The notes: a model not told the origin generated them from the letters alone. A DNA stretch of 64,000 bases from an uncultured Dehalococcoidaceae bacterium (GCA_964493435.1 CAZBMB010000005.1:70588-134587), one strand, 5' to 3'; positions 1 to 10,494 are shown, counted from the stretch's first letter. Made by a program: numbers and translations.

Positions 1-1
1 C

Positions 2-2383
2 AACGCCGATGTCATAATGGCCATCGGCTCCAATCCAGCGGAAAACCACCCGGCTGCTTTCGGCCACATCACCATAGCCAAAGATAAGGGTGCCAAGCTA
101 ATCAGCGTTGACCCCAGGTTCACCAGGACCTCGGCTAAAGCTGATATCTACTCTCCGCTGCGTTCGGGCACTGACATCGCCTTCATCGACGGCATGATTA
201 AATACGTGCTCGATGACATTGACAGCAATCCCGGCAACTACAATATGACCTATATAAAGGAATACACCAATGCTCCCTACCTCATAAACCCCGACTTTAA
301 GGGACCCGCCGACCTTGACGGCCTATTCTCGGGCTATGCCGGCGGTCAGAATGAAACCGATGGCAATAAGAGAAAATACGATAAGTCCAGCTGGCAGTTC
401 CAGCTTGATGACAAAGGTATCCCCAAGAGAGACATGACCCTGAAGGACCCGAACTGCGTCTTCCAGCTCATGAAAAACCATTTTGCCCGCTACACCCCGG
501 AAAAGGTGAGCGAGATAACCGGCGCCCCCGTTGATACCTTCCTGCAGATTTGCCAGACCTTTGCCGCTTCCGGACAGGTGGGCAAGGCCGGCACCATCCT
601 GTACGCCATGGGCACCACCCAGCATACTTACGGCGCTCAGAATATCCGCTCTTACTGTGTCCTGCAGCTTCTGCTGGGCAACATCGGTATCGCTGGCGGT
701 GGCATCAATGCCATGAGAGGCGAGTCCAACGTACAGGGCTCCACCGACCACTGCCTTCTCTTCCACATCCTCCCCGGTTACCTGAAAGTACCGGATAACA
801 CTGATACAACCCTCGACCAGTATCTGAAGCGGACTACCCCCACCAGCAATGACCCCAAGAGCGCCAACTGGTGGCAGCACACCCCCAAGTACGTGGTCAG
901 CCTGCTGAAGGCATGGTACGGCGATGCCGCCAACAAAGACAACCAGTTTGGCTTCCACTATCTGCCAAAGATAGAGTCAGGGAAGAACTATTCCCATATC
1001 TCCCTGTTTGAAGCCATGTACTCCGGGGCAATCAAGGGCCTTATGGTCTGGGGGCAGAACCCGGCGGTGGGTGGCCCCAATGCCAACATGGAGCGGATGG
1101 CGATGGATAACCTGGACTGGATGGTGGTCGCCGATATCTGGCACACCGAGACGGCAAACTTCTGGCAGCGTCCTGGCGTTAACAAAGCCGATATCAAGAC
1201 CGAGGTCTTCCTCCTCCCCGCCCGCAACTCTTTTGAGAAAGAGGGCAGCGTCACCAACAGTGGCCGTTTGAGCCAGTGGCGTTACAAGGCGGCTGATGGC
1301 CCTGGAGTGGCCATGGACGACCTCTGGATGATGGACTGGCTGGCCCGAAAGCTCATGGAGATGTATGCCAACGAAGGAGGACCCAATGCCGAGGCTATCT
1401 CCAGCCTTAACTGGAACTACGGCCATGAGCACCCCGATGTGCACGCCGTGGCCAAGGAGATAAATGGCTACGACCTCACCACCGGTGAGCTGCTGTCCAG
1501 CTTCACCAAGCTGCTGGACGATGGCACCACCAGTTCCGGCAACTGGCTCTACTGCGCCAGCTACACCGAAGATGGCAATATGGCGGCTCGCCGCGATTTA
1601 ACCCCCGGCCCGTTCGACATCGGGCTTTATCCAAAATGGGCCTGGTGCTGGCCGGTTAACCGGCGGATTATCTACAACCGAGCTTCCGTTGACCTTTACG
1701 GCGAGCCGTGGGATAAAGAACATCCGGTCATCTGGTGGCAGGATGGTAAATGGGTAGGTGATGTACCTGATGGCGGCTGGGCACCAATGGCGGTTGACCC
1801 GGAAAAGACCAAGTACCCGTTCATCATGAAGCCAGAGGGACACGCCCGTTTCTTCGGTCCGGGAATGGCGGAAGGGCCACTGCCCGAACACTATGAGCCA
1901 TGGGAATCGCCGATACAGAACCCCATGTCAAAACAGCAGAGCAACCCGGCCTTCAAGATATGGCGGCCAGATGAGCAGGGAACCCCTGATAAATACCCCA
2001 TAGTGTGCAGCACCTACCGGGTATGCGAACACTGGCAGGGCGGGCAGATGACCCGGAACATGCCGTGGCTGATAGAAATGCAGCCTGAACCCTTCGTTGA
2101 GATGAGCGAAGAACTGGCGGAACAGCTAGGAATCGTCAATGGTGAGAAAGCTATCGTGGAATCAACCCGGGGCCAGGTCTATCTAACTGCCGTGGTGACC
2201 AAACGCTTCAAGCCTTTCCAGCTGAACGGGAAGAAGGTGCACCAGGTAGGCATACCCTGGCACTGGGGTTACACCGGACTTTCCACGGGGGCCAGCGCCA
2301 ACGAGCTCACCCCCCACGTGGGCGATGCCAATACGATGATACCGGAATATAAAGCCTTCCTGGTAAACATACGCAAGGCTTAG
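2..2383 (+). CDS. fdhA: Formate dehydrogenase catalytic (alpha) subunit, molybdopterin-oxidoreductase family; 5' partial (N-terminus upstream of window)
   Basis: Reading frame is open from base 2 (NADVIMAIGSNPAENHP...). Large Mo-bisPGD-type oxidoreductase sequence, followed directly by fdhB-, cytochrome b- and fdhE-type genes. Confidence 0.85.
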   Translation, partial: NADVIMAIGSNPAENHPAAFGHITIAKDKGAKLISVDPRFTRTSAKADIYSPLRSGTDIAFIDGMIKYVLDDIDSNPGNYNMTYIKEYTNAPYLINPDFKGPADLDGLFSGYAGGQNETDGNKRKYDKSSWQFQLDDKGIPKRDMTLKDPNCVFQLMKNHFARYTPEKVSEITGAPVDTFLQICQTFAASGQVGKAGTILYAMGTTQHTYGAQNIRSYCVLQLLLGNIGIAGGGINAMRGESNVQGSTDHCLLFHILPGYLKVPDNTDTTLDQYLKRTTPTSNDPKSANWWQHTPKYVVSLLKAWYGDAANKDNQFGFHYLPKIESGKNYSHISLFEAMYSGAIKGLMVWGQNPAVGGPNANMERMAMDNLDWMVVADIWHTETANFWQRPGVNKADIKTEVFLLPARNSFEKEGSVTNSGRLSQWRYKAADGPGVAMDDLWMMDWLARKLMEMYANEGGPNAEAISSLNWNYGHEHPDVHAVAKEINGYDLTTGELLSSFTKLLDDGTTSSGNWLYCASYTEDGNMAARRDLTPGPFDIGLYPKWAWCWPVNRRIIYNRASVDLYGEPWDKEHPVIWWQDGKWVGDVPDGGWAPMAVDPEKTKYPFIMKPEGHARFFGPGMAEGPLPEHYEPWESPIQNPMSKQQSNPAFKIWRPDEQGTPDKYPIVCSTYRVCEHWQGGQMTRNMPWLIEMQPEPFVEMSEELAEQLGIVNGEKAIVESTRGQVYLTAVVTKRFKPFQLNGKKVHQVGIPWHWGYTGLSTGASANELTPHVGDANTMIPEYKAFLVNIRKA

Positions 2384-2417
2384 GCGGTATTGAAGGAATA
2401 TTTACTGGGAGGAAATA

Positions 2418-3263
2418 ATGGCCGAAAAAGCAATCTTATATGACGCGACCAAGTGTACCGCCTGCCGCGGCTGCCAGGCCGCCTGCAAGCAGTGGAACGA
2501 AAACGATGAGTTCATTCCCATTGTAGAGAACGGGGTGAAGTCAACAAACCGGGGCAGCTACGAGAACCCCCCCGACCTTTCCCCCACGACATGGGTTAAG
2601 ATGGAGTTCCGTGAGATAGACCCGGGCGGAAAGGTAAGATGGCTGTTTACTCGCCGCGCCTGCATGCACTGCACTGAAGCGGGCTGTGTCAAAGTTTGCC
2701 CCAGTGGTGCTTTATACCACCATGAGCTCGGCTTTGTCGCTTACGACAAGGACATCTGCACCGGCTGCGGCTACTGCATAGATGCCTGTCCCTTCAGTGT
2801 GCCTCGCTCTGACCGCAACCTGTTATCCGGTATCGCCAAGATGGACAAGTGCACATTCTGCACCACGCCAGGCCTAGACCGCGTTGCCAGTGGCTGGGAA
2901 CCGGCCTGTGTCAAGACCTGCCCGCCCAACGCGCTGCAATACGGCGACCGTGACCAGCTTATCGCCGAGGGCAAAAAACGCGTCCAGTCCCTGATTGACA
3001 TGGGCTGGACCAACGCCAACCTGTACGGCGAAAAAGAGCTGGGTGGACTGCACGTGATGTACGTCTTGGATGACCATCCCGCAGTATATGGCCTGCCGGT
3101 GGACCCGCAGATTTCCGCCGCTACCGTCGCCTGGCAGGATGTAATACAACCGATTGGCTGGGCAGTGGGCGGTTTGACCATCCTGGGGTTGGGCTTAAAT
3201 TACCTTGTCGCCCGGGCCAGTGCAAACAAGGAAAAGGAGAAGGAAAATGCCGCAAGAAGTTGA
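2418..3263 (+). CDS. fdhB: Formate dehydrogenase iron-sulfur (beta) subunit with C-terminal membrane anchor
   Basis: Multiple ferredoxin-type Cys clusters (CTACRGCQAAC, CMHCTEAGCVKVCP, CTGCGYCIDACP, CVKTCP). Hydrophobic C-terminal helix. GGGAGG RBS upstream. Confidence 0.85.
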   Translation: MAEKAILYDATKCTACRGCQAACKQWNENDEFIPIVENGVKSTNRGSYENPPDLSPTTWVKMEFREIDPGGKVRWLFTRRACMHCTEAGCVKVCPSGALYHHELGFVAYDKDICTGCGYCIDACPFSVPRSDRNLLSGIAKMDKCTFCTTPGLDRVASGWEPACVKTCPPNALQYGDRDQLIAEGKKRVQSLIDMGWTNANLYGEKELGGLHVMYVLDDHPAVYGLPVDPQISAATVAWQDVIQPIGWAVGGLTILGLGLNYLVARASANKEKEKENAARS

Positions 3264-3897
3264 AAAGTACCGGAAGCCAACACGAATATTACACTGGGTG
3301 CATCTGGTCAGTTTCTGCCTCCTGTTTCTAACCGGCCTCGTTCTCTTCATACCTGGGCTTGGAGTTATCGCCCAGGATAGCTGGACAAGAGTGATACACC
3401 GCATTGCCGCGGCCGTCTTCATTATAGCGCCTCTCATCTATATCCCGATGAACCTGAAGGCGACCGGCAAGGGAATCAAAGAAGCCTTTACCTGGGGAGC
3501 CGATGACATCGGCTGGCTGAAAGCAGCCCCTGCCTACTATTTCGGTGGGGACGAAAGCAGTATGCCTCCACAGGGCGCCATGAATACCGGGCAGAAACTA
3601 TGGTGGCTTATCGTGCTTGTCTCCGGGGTGGTTTTTACCATCACCGGTCTCATTATGTGGTTTGCCAAGACGACGGCTCCACCAGCGCTCCTGCAATGGA
3701 TGGTATTCCTCCACGATATAGCCTTCATCGTCGCCGGCGCAATGCTACTTCTCCACATTTACCTTGGCCTCCTTCACCCCAAGATGACGGAAGCCTGGAA
3801 GGCAATATATAAGGGAACCGTTTCCGTGGACTATGCCAAGAAGCACCACGCCAAGTGGTATGAAGAGGTCGCCGGAGGGAAAGAGGTGAAAAGCTAG
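3247..3897 (+). CDS. fdhC: Cytochrome b-type membrane (gamma) subunit of formate dehydrogenase
   Basis: Multi-TM protein beginning ...RILHWVH, like FdnI/cytochrome b561-type subunits. The ATG at 3247 is preceded by AAGGAGAAGGAAA, whereas the 3205 start in the ORF track has no RBS. Confidence 0.7.
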   Translation: MPQEVEKYRKPTRILHWVHLVSFCLLFLTGLVLFIPGLGVIAQDSWTRVIHRIAAAVFIIAPLIYIPMNLKATGKGIKEAFTWGADDIGWLKAAPAYYFGGDESSMPPQGAMNTGQKLWWLIVLVSGVVFTITGLIMWFAKTTAPPALLQWMVFLHDIAFIVAGAMLLLHIYLGLLHPKMTEAWKAIYKGTVSVDYAKKHHAKWYEEVAGGKEVKS

Positions 3898-4740
3898 TTG
3901 CCTGTTGAAACCGACGATATTATCAGATTTTTAGAGGAAAAGGAGAAAAAAGAAGGAACCCTTCCTAAACTCTTAGAGTTCTACCAGCAATTGCTCCGCG
4001 TTCAATCTCAAGTTGAGAGAAAATTATCTTCGCGGCTCGAACCAGGTTTGAGTCGCGAAGTTGTTAATAAACGGGTTGAGAATGGGGTGCCTCTTATTTC
4101 CTTCGATGAACTGGCCCTTGACTGGCAGTTACTGACCACCACTTTTGATGAGATAAAGACTGTTTTTGCCGACTATGCAGAGTTATTCAATTCCAGCCGC
4201 GAGAGACTGGTAGAATTGAGCGCCGATACTCTCCTCGCCAGACAGACACTCAAACGGTGGTACGAAAAACAAATGCTGCCAGCGAAGATTCCGGTAAAAA
4301 ATGTGGATAGAAAACTTATTAATTCAATAATTCACGCCACTATTAAACCCTTCCTAACGAGCCACGCCCGAAAACTGAGAGAGTCCATTGACCAGGAACG
4401 ATGGCGCCGCAGCTATTGCCCGATTTGCGGCGGGAGCCCCGATTTTGCTTCGCTGGATACTGAACGCGGGTCACGGTGGCTATTATGCTCTCGCTGCGAT
4501 ACCGAGTGGGTCTTCCAGCGCCTTCAGTGCCCCTACTGCAATACCCAGGACCAGAATGACCTGTCCTACTTCACGGACGACTCCGGTCTATATCGGCTTT
4601 ATACCTGTGAACGATGCCAGCAATACCTGAAAACAGTCGACCGGCGACAAACCGAAGACCAGATTATTTTGCCCATTGAGCGCTTCCTCACCCTGGATAT
4701 GGACCGCCAGGCTGTTGAAATGGGATACAAGCCTCACTGA
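3898..4740 (+). CDS. fdhE: FdhE-like formate dehydrogenase accessory protein
   Basis: C-terminal series of CxxC pairs (CPICG, CSRCD, CPYC, CERC) arranged as in FdhE. TTG start abuts the fdhC stop. Confidence 0.75.
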   Translation: MPVETDDIIRFLEEKEKKEGTLPKLLEFYQQLLRVQSQVERKLSSRLEPGLSREVVNKRVENGVPLISFDELALDWQLLTTTFDEIKTVFADYAELFNSSRERLVELSADTLLARQTLKRWYEKQMLPAKIPVKNVDRKLINSIIHATIKPFLTSHARKLRESIDQERWRRSYCPICGGSPDFASLDTERGSRWLLCSRCDTEWVFQRLQCPYCNTQDQNDLSYFTDDSGLYRLYTCERCQQYLKTVDRRQTEDQIILPIERFLTLDMDRQAVEMGYKPH

Positions 4741-4833
4741 AAAACCGCTAAGCCATAACCTGCTTCTGCCTAGCCGTGCCAGCGCATACTGTGATAAAAT
4801 GTAAACGACAGAGCAAAACTCTACGGCGAGGTT

Positions 4834-7161
4834 ATGAGAGATTCCCCTCTAAAAGTCGCTAGCAGGGTCAGACTGCGCATTGAGGTAAAGGGTATAGTCC
4901 AGGGCGTCGGATTCCGTCCTTTTGTCTATAGACTGGCCAGGGACTGTCACCTCAGTGGTTGGGTGCGCAATACCTCGGGAAACGTCGTCATTGAGGTGGA
5001 GGGCCCTGAAGAAGATATCAGCCGGTTTCTAGCCCATTTGCCGGCGAAAGCTCCCCCCGCCGCCCGCCTCCAGGACATCGCCACCCGGAAAATGCCGGTT
5101 AAAGGTGATACTGATTTTGTCATCAGAAAAAGCCAGGCCGAGCCGGGCAAATACCAGCCGGTCTCGCCTGACCTGGCTGCCTGCTCGGAATGTCTGGAAG
5201 AGGTTTTTGAACCGGGAAATCGCCGCTACCAGTACCCTTTTACCAACTGTACCAACTGCGGCCCCCGCTTTACCATCATCCGGGATATTCCCTATGACCG
5301 CCCGATGACCACTATGAGCCGTTTCAGCATGTGTCCAGAGTGTCAGGCGGAATATGACGACCCGCTTGACCGCCGCTTTCATGCCCAGCCCAACGCCTGC
5401 CCAGAGTGCGGTCCCACCGTGCAACTGACGAACCGCGATGGCACTCCAGTAACTGGCGTGAACCCTCTGCGTGAAGCTGCCGATTTACTCCATAAGGGCT
5501 ATATCATCGCCGTCAAGGGGTTAGGCGGATTTCAGCTAGCCTGCGATGCTACGAATCATGAAGTAGTAGCACGCCTCAAGGAACGGAAAAGACGACCCGG
5601 CAAACCGTTTGCCCTCATGATGGCATCAATCGCGGAAAGCGAAAAACATTGTTACGTTTCACCTGAAGAAGCCGAATTGCTCACCTCGCCAAATGCGCCC
5701 ATCGTCCTGCTCCGGTGGCGAAAAGACGTCTCGAATGTAACGCCGCTGGTCGCCGAAAATAACAAATACCTCGGTGTTATGCTGCCCTACACACCTCTGC
5801 ACCATATCCTGATGCGCCATGCGGCACGGCCGCTGGTGATGACCAGCGGTAATATTAGCGAGGAACCAATCTGCCAGGATAACGACGAGGCCCTGCGCCG
5901 GCTTGGCGGCATCGCCGATTACTTTCTGCTGCATAATCGTGACATCCATGCCCGGTACGACGACAGCGTTTGTCTGGTGGAGAGAGGCACGGCACGCGCC
6001 ATCAGGCGTGCTCGCGGCTATGCGCCATCCCCTGTTTACCTGCCCTTTAAAGCCAAACAGGTGCTGGCCTGTGGCGCCGAGGAGAAAAACACCTTCTGCC
6101 TGACCAGGGATGAGTACGCCTTTCTCAGCCAGCACATTGGCGATATGGATAATGAAGAGACCGCAGAACATTTTGAAAATACCATTGACCTTTACCAGCG
6201 GCTGTTCCGCATACATCCCGAAATAACCGCCTATGACCTGCATCCCGAATATCTTTCCACCAAACACGCCCTGAAATACGCCGCGGATAAAAGACTGAGG
6301 GCAGTCGGCGTGCAGCACCATCACGCCCATATCGTCAGCTGCCTGGTGGAAAATGGCTTTAGGGAACCGGTCATCGGCGTCGCCTTTGACGGTGTTGGCT
6401 ACGGCACTGATGGCAACCTCTGGGGTGGTGAGTTCTTGACCTGCGACTGGGGCAGCTTTGAACGATTAGCCTACCTGCAATATGTACCGATGCCGGGCGG
6501 GGCGGCCGCCATTCGCAAGCCATATCGCATGGCGCTGGGCTATGTTTATTCACTGCTCGGTCCGGAAACGCCCTTTGATGACCACCCCATAATTGGCAAA
6601 ATAAAGCCCGAAGAAATAAAAATTATCGAAACACAGATAAAACAGAGGCTGAACTCGCCGCTTACCTCGGGGGCGGGGCGACTTTTCGACGCGGTATCGG
6701 CGCTGGCCGGTGTCCGGGGGCAGATTGACCACGAAGCCCAGGCGGCCATTGAGCTGGAAATGCTCGCCCCCGATGATGTGACCGATTTTGAACCATATCC
6801 ATTCGCCTTATCCAGGGACGAAAAACTCGCCGTAATTGAGCTGCGCGGACTCGTTTCTGCCGTGGTAGATGATGCACGAAGCGGAGTCAGGCCAGACGCT
6901 ATCTCCGCCAGATTTCATAAGACGATGGCCAGCATTATTCTGGATACCTGCCGGATGATTAGCCGTCAGACCGGCCTGAAAACGGCGGCTTTGAGCGGCG
7001 GTGTTTTTCAGAATCGACTGCTGTTTAATCTGGCGGTTGATGCACTGGAAAAGGAAGGGTTCCACGTGCTCACTCACCGGCTGGTGCCCTGTAATGACGG
7101 TGGCATCTCCCTGGGACAGGCGGTTATCGCCAATCATCAACCGAATGAAAGTAAGGAGTAA
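4834..7161 (+). CDS. hypF: [NiFe]-hydrogenase maturation carbamoyltransferase HypF
   Basis: 775 aa with an acylphosphatase-like N-terminus (VQGVGFRPFVYRLA), two paired CxxC zinc fingers (CSEC..CTNC, CPEC..CPEC), and YrdC-like and Kae1-like regions. Confidence 0.95.
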   Translation: MRDSPLKVASRVRLRIEVKGIVQGVGFRPFVYRLARDCHLSGWVRNTSGNVVIEVEGPEEDISRFLAHLPAKAPPAARLQDIATRKMPVKGDTDFVIRKSQAEPGKYQPVSPDLAACSECLEEVFEPGNRRYQYPFTNCTNCGPRFTIIRDIPYDRPMTTMSRFSMCPECQAEYDDPLDRRFHAQPNACPECGPTVQLTNRDGTPVTGVNPLREAADLLHKGYIIAVKGLGGFQLACDATNHEVVARLKERKRRPGKPFALMMASIAESEKHCYVSPEEAELLTSPNAPIVLLRWRKDVSNVTPLVAENNKYLGVMLPYTPLHHILMRHAARPLVMTSGNISEEPICQDNDEALRRLGGIADYFLLHNRDIHARYDDSVCLVERGTARAIRRARGYAPSPVYLPFKAKQVLACGAEEKNTFCLTRDEYAFLSQHIGDMDNEETAEHFENTIDLYQRLFRIHPEITAYDLHPEYLSTKHALKYAADKRLRAVGVQHHHAHIVSCLVENGFREPVIGVAFDGVGYGTDGNLWGGEFLTCDWGSFERLAYLQYVPMPGGAAAIRKPYRMALGYVYSLLGPETPFDDHPIIGKIKPEEIKIIETQIKQRLNSPLTSGAGRLFDAVSALAGVRGQIDHEAQAAIELEMLAPDDVTDFEPYPFALSRDEKLAVIELRGLVSAVVDDARSGVRPDAISARFHKTMASIILDTCRMISRQTGLKTAALSGGVFQNRLLFNLAVDALEKEGFHVLTHRLVPCNDGGISLGQAVIANHQPNESKE

Positions 7162-7166
7162 TTCAC

Positions 7167-7394
7167 GTGTGTCTGGCTATTCCGGTACGGGTTAAATCGA
7201 TAAACGGCACCGAAGCCGAGGTTGAAATCGGCGGCATCACGCGTAAAACGAGCCTGATGCTCACCCCGGAAGCCAAAGTTGGCGACTACGTGCTCCTCCA
7301 CGCCGGATATGCTATCAACATCCTGGACCGGGCGCAGGCGGAGGAGACACTGGCCATATTTGCCGAAATGAGCCGGATTCTGGAGAGCGAATGA
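7167..7394 (+). CDS. hypC: Hydrogenase maturation chaperone HypC
   Basis: 75 aa starting (GTG)M-CLAIP, the conserved N-terminal Cys of HypC/HupF. Lies between hypF and hypD. Confidence 0.9.
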   Translation: MCLAIPVRVKSINGTEAEVEIGGITRKTSLMLTPEAKVGDYVLLHAGYAINILDRAQAEETLAIFAEMSRILESE

Positions 7395-8485
7395 AGCTAG
7401 TCAGCGAGTTCCGCCAGTCTGAACTGGCCGATGGCCTAGTACGCAGCATCCGGCAACACGCCAGCCGGAAAGCGCGTTTCATGGAGTTCTGCGGCGGGCA
7501 TACCGTGTCCATCATGAAGTTCGGCCTCCGCCAGCTGCTGCCGCCGACGCTCACCCTTACCTCGGGGCCGGGCTGTCCGGTATGCGTTACCGACAACGCC
7601 GACCTTGATAAAGCCATTGCGCTCGCCCTGCTGCCCGATGTCATCGTGGCTTCATTTGGCGATATGGTAAGGGTGCCGGGAAGTCGTTCCAGCCTGCAAG
7701 AAGCCAAAGCCGCCGGGGGGGATGTGCGCGTTGTTTACTCCACTCTTGACGCCCTTTCATTGGCGAAGGAAAATCCGGAGAAAGCGGTAATATTCCTGGG
7801 CATCGGCTTTGAGACCACCGCTCCCACCGTCGCCGCCTCAGTCCTGCAGGCGGAGCAGGAGGGCCTGAAAAATTATTATGTGCTTTCCCTGCATAAACTC
7901 TGCCCGCCCATAATCAAAGCGCTGCTGGACTCGGGCGAGGTCAACCTTCAGGGCCTCATCTGTCCCGGCCATGTCAGCGCCGTCATCGGCTCAAGGCCGT
8001 GGCAGTTCATCGCGCGCGATTACTCTATACCCTGCGTTGTCTCCGGCTTTGAGCCGCTGGACATACTGCAGTGCATTGACATGCTGGCGCAGCAGGTGGA
8101 CGGTGGCGCAGCCAGGGTTGAAATCGCCTACCGGCGCGGGGTCAGCCGTGATGGCAACCAGACCGCCATCGGGATTATGGAAAAGGTATTTGAGCCCGCG
8201 CCAGCGCGCTGGCGCGGCTTCGGCGAGGTAACCGGGAGCGGCCTGAAGCTGCGGCCGGAATTCGCCCGGTTTGATGCTGCATTGAACTTTGATTTCGACC
8301 CCGGCCCCACAGTCACCCCCAGAGGCTGTTTATGCGGGGAAGTGCTGCGGGGAGTTAAATCACCCAGAGACTGTTCCCTTTTCTACTGCGTCTGCACACC
8401 AGAGAAGCCGGTTGGGCCGTGCATGGTCTCGGCGGAAGGGACCTGCGCTGCTTACTACCATTACGGTGAAGGTGATGTCCGATAG
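7391..8485 (+). CDS. hypD: Hydrogenase maturation protein HypD
   Basis: 364 aa with a GPGCPVCV motif and a C-terminal Cys cluster. Overlaps the hypC stop by 4 nt. Confidence 0.95.
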   Translation: MKLVSEFRQSELADGLVRSIRQHASRKARFMEFCGGHTVSIMKFGLRQLLPPTLTLTSGPGCPVCVTDNADLDKAIALALLPDVIVASFGDMVRVPGSRSSLQEAKAAGGDVRVVYSTLDALSLAKENPEKAVIFLGIGFETTAPTVAASVLQAEQEGLKNYYVLSLHKLCPPIIKALLDSGEVNLQGLICPGHVSAVIGSRPWQFIARDYSIPCVVSGFEPLDILQCIDMLAQQVDGGAARVEIAYRRGVSRDGNQTAIGIMEKVFEPAPARWRGFGEVTGSGLKLRPEFARFDAALNFDFDPGPTVTPRGCLCGEVLRGVKSPRDCSLFYCVCTPEKPVGPCMVSAEGTCAAYYHYGEGDVR

Positions 8486-9479
8486 AATATTGCTGGCGCA
8501 CGGCAGCGGCGGGAAGTTGGCCCACGATATTATCCGCAACCGCTTTTTGCCCGCGCTGGCAAATCCAGTTCTCAATACGCTTGACGATTCGGCAGTTATT
8601 GAGCCTGCCGGCAGGCTGGCCTTCACCACCGACAGCTACGTTGTTCAGCCCATCTTTTTCCCCGGCGGCGACATTGGCAGGCTCGCCGTCTGCGGCACGG
8701 TAAATGACCTGGCCATGGTGGGAGCAACGCCGCTTTATTTGAGCCTGGCTTTCATTATTGAAGAAGGCCTGCTGGTCAGTGACCTGGAAAAAGTGGCGGG
8801 TTCTATTAAAGAGGCCGCCACATCAGCCAATGTAGTCGTGGTCACCGGTGATACCAAGGTGGTCAATCGCGGCACCGCCGATAAGCTGTTCATCAATACC
8901 GCCGGCATCGGCACAATACCATCGGCAGTTAACATTTCCGGGCACAATGCCCGACCGGGGGATGTGCTGATACTGAACGGCACCATTGGCGACCACGGCA
9001 TCGCGGTGCTCAGCCAGCGCGAGGGTATTGACTTTTCTACAAAGTTGAAAAGCGACTGTGCGCCGCTGAATGGCCTGGTGACGGAGATGCTGGCCGTGAG
9101 CGATAATATTCACTGCCTGCGCGACCCTACCCGCGGCGGCCTGGCCACCACGCTCAATGAAATTGCCGAGCAGTCAGGCGTCAGCATCCGGATATACGAG
9201 GACAAAATACCGGTCCAGGAGGGGGTCTCCAGCGCCTGCGAGATGCTCGGGCTGGACCCGCTCTATGTCGCCAACGAAGGAAAGCTGGTGGCCGCGGTCA
9301 GCCCTGACGACGCCGAAAAAGTTCTGGCACGAATGAAAAAACACCAATACGGGCGAGACTCTGCAATCATCGGTGAGGTGAAGGAGGAGAACCCGGGACG
9401 GGTGGTCATGAAGACCGGGCTCGGGACCACACGCATTATTGACATGCTGGTCGGCGAGCCGCTGCCCCGGATATGCTAG
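8475..9479 (+). CDS. hypE: Hydrogenase maturation protein HypE
   Basis: Starts MSDRILLAHGSGG and ends with the C-terminal ...PRIC motif. The ATG at 8475 overlaps the hypD end. The track ORF start at 8289 is only an out-of-frame overlap with hypD. Confidence 0.93.
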   Translation: MSDRILLAHGSGGKLAHDIIRNRFLPALANPVLNTLDDSAVIEPAGRLAFTTDSYVVQPIFFPGGDIGRLAVCGTVNDLAMVGATPLYLSLAFIIEEGLLVSDLEKVAGSIKEAATSANVVVVTGDTKVVNRGTADKLFINTAGIGTIPSAVNISGHNARPGDVLILNGTIGDHGIAVLSQREGIDFSTKLKSDCAPLNGLVTEMLAVSDNIHCLRDPTRGGLATTLNEIAEQSGVSIRIYEDKIPVQEGVSSACEMLGLDPLYVANEGKLVAAVSPDDAEKVLARMKKHQYGRDSAIIGEVKEENPGRVVMKTGLGTTRIIDMLVGEPLPRIC

Positions 9480-9481
9480 TC

Positions 9482-9823
9482 ATGCACGAAATGTCGGTGA
9501 CCATGAGCCTTATGGACCTCGTTCTGGAAGAGGCCGCCAAAGCTGGCGCCGAAAAAATTGTCGGGGTGAATATCGTCATCGGCCAGATGACCGGTATAAT
9601 AGACCAATATGTCCAGGCGAATTTTGAGCTGCTCAGTCAAAACACGCCCGCCGAAGGCGCATCCCTTTCCTTCCGCAACATACCGCGGCAGGCACGCTGT
9701 CGCCACTGCGCTCATACCTTCCAGCCCTCCGACCTGGATTGGAAATGCCCGAAATGCCAGTCCGTGGAAATAGAGATAACCGGCGGCAGTGAACTATATG
9801 TAGAAAGTATTGAGGTGGAATAA
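9482..9823 (+). CDS. hypA: Hydrogenase nickel-insertion protein HypA
   Basis: Typical MHEMS start and CxxC...CxxC zinc site (CRHC, CPKC), about 113 aa. Confidence 0.9.
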   Translation: MHEMSVTMSLMDLVLEEAAKAGAEKIVGVNIVIGQMTGIIDQYVQANFELLSQNTPAEGASLSFRNIPRQARCRHCAHTFQPSDLDWKCPKCQSVEIEITGGSELYVESIEVE

Positions 9824-10494
9824 TGGAAATCAAAGTACTGAAAGACATTCTTGACGCCAATAACCAGATTGCGGTGCAAAACCGGCAGCTGCTGGTCAGC
9901 AAGCGCATCATGGCCATCAACCTTATGTCCTCACCCGGTTCCGGAAAAACGACTCTCATTTTACGGACGGTCGAGCAACTCAAAGACAAAGCCCGCATTG
10001 CCGTCATTGAGGGAGACGTCAGCTCCAGCATCGACGCCGAGAAGCTGAGCCAGGCCGGAATCGCCGCGATTCAGATAAACACCGGCGGTGGCTGCCATCT
10101 GGACGCAAACATGGTGAATTCGGCATTGCTCAATCTTCGCCTCGATGACATAGATATTTTATTCATTGAAAATGTGGGCAACCTCATCTGCCCCGGCGGC
10201 TTTGACCTCGGTGAGTACCTTAAAGTGGTTGTCCTCAGCACGCCCGAAGGAGATGATAAGCCACACAAGTACCCCCTGCTCTTTGCTCAGGCCAGAGCAC
10301 TGCTGGTGAACAAAATCGACCTACTGCCATATGTCGACTTTGATCTGCAGGCTTTCACCCGCACCTTCAAAGGCCTGAATCAGGAAGCCGCCCTTCTCAC
10401 CGTCTCCGGGCTCACCGGTGAAGGCATCGAGGATTGGGTGAAATGGGTCATGGACAACCTAAATAAGCTGCGCACCTCGAATCCGGCAAAATAG
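9823..10494 (+). CDS. hypB: Hydrogenase nickel-incorporation GTPase HypB
   Basis: P-loop SSPGSGKTTL, metal-binding GGGCHLD and NKIDL guanine-specificity motifs. Confidence 0.9.
   Translation: MEIKVLKDILDANNQIAVQNRQLLVSKRIMAINLMSSPGSGKTTLILRTVEQLKDKARIAVIEGDVSSSIDAEKLSQAGIAAIQINTGGGCHLDANMVNSALLNLRLDDIDILFIENVGNLICPGGFDLGEYLKVVVLSTPEGDDKPHKYPLLFAQARALLVNKIDLLPYVDFDLQAFTRTFKGLNQEAALLTVSGLTGEGIEDWVKWVMDNLNKLRTSNPAK

Noticed and set aside
8289-8474. N-terminal 62-aa extension of HypE in the ORF track
   Set aside because: The extension is an alternative frame of the hypD 3' end. The conserved HypE N-terminus (MSDRILLAHGSGG) starts at 8475.
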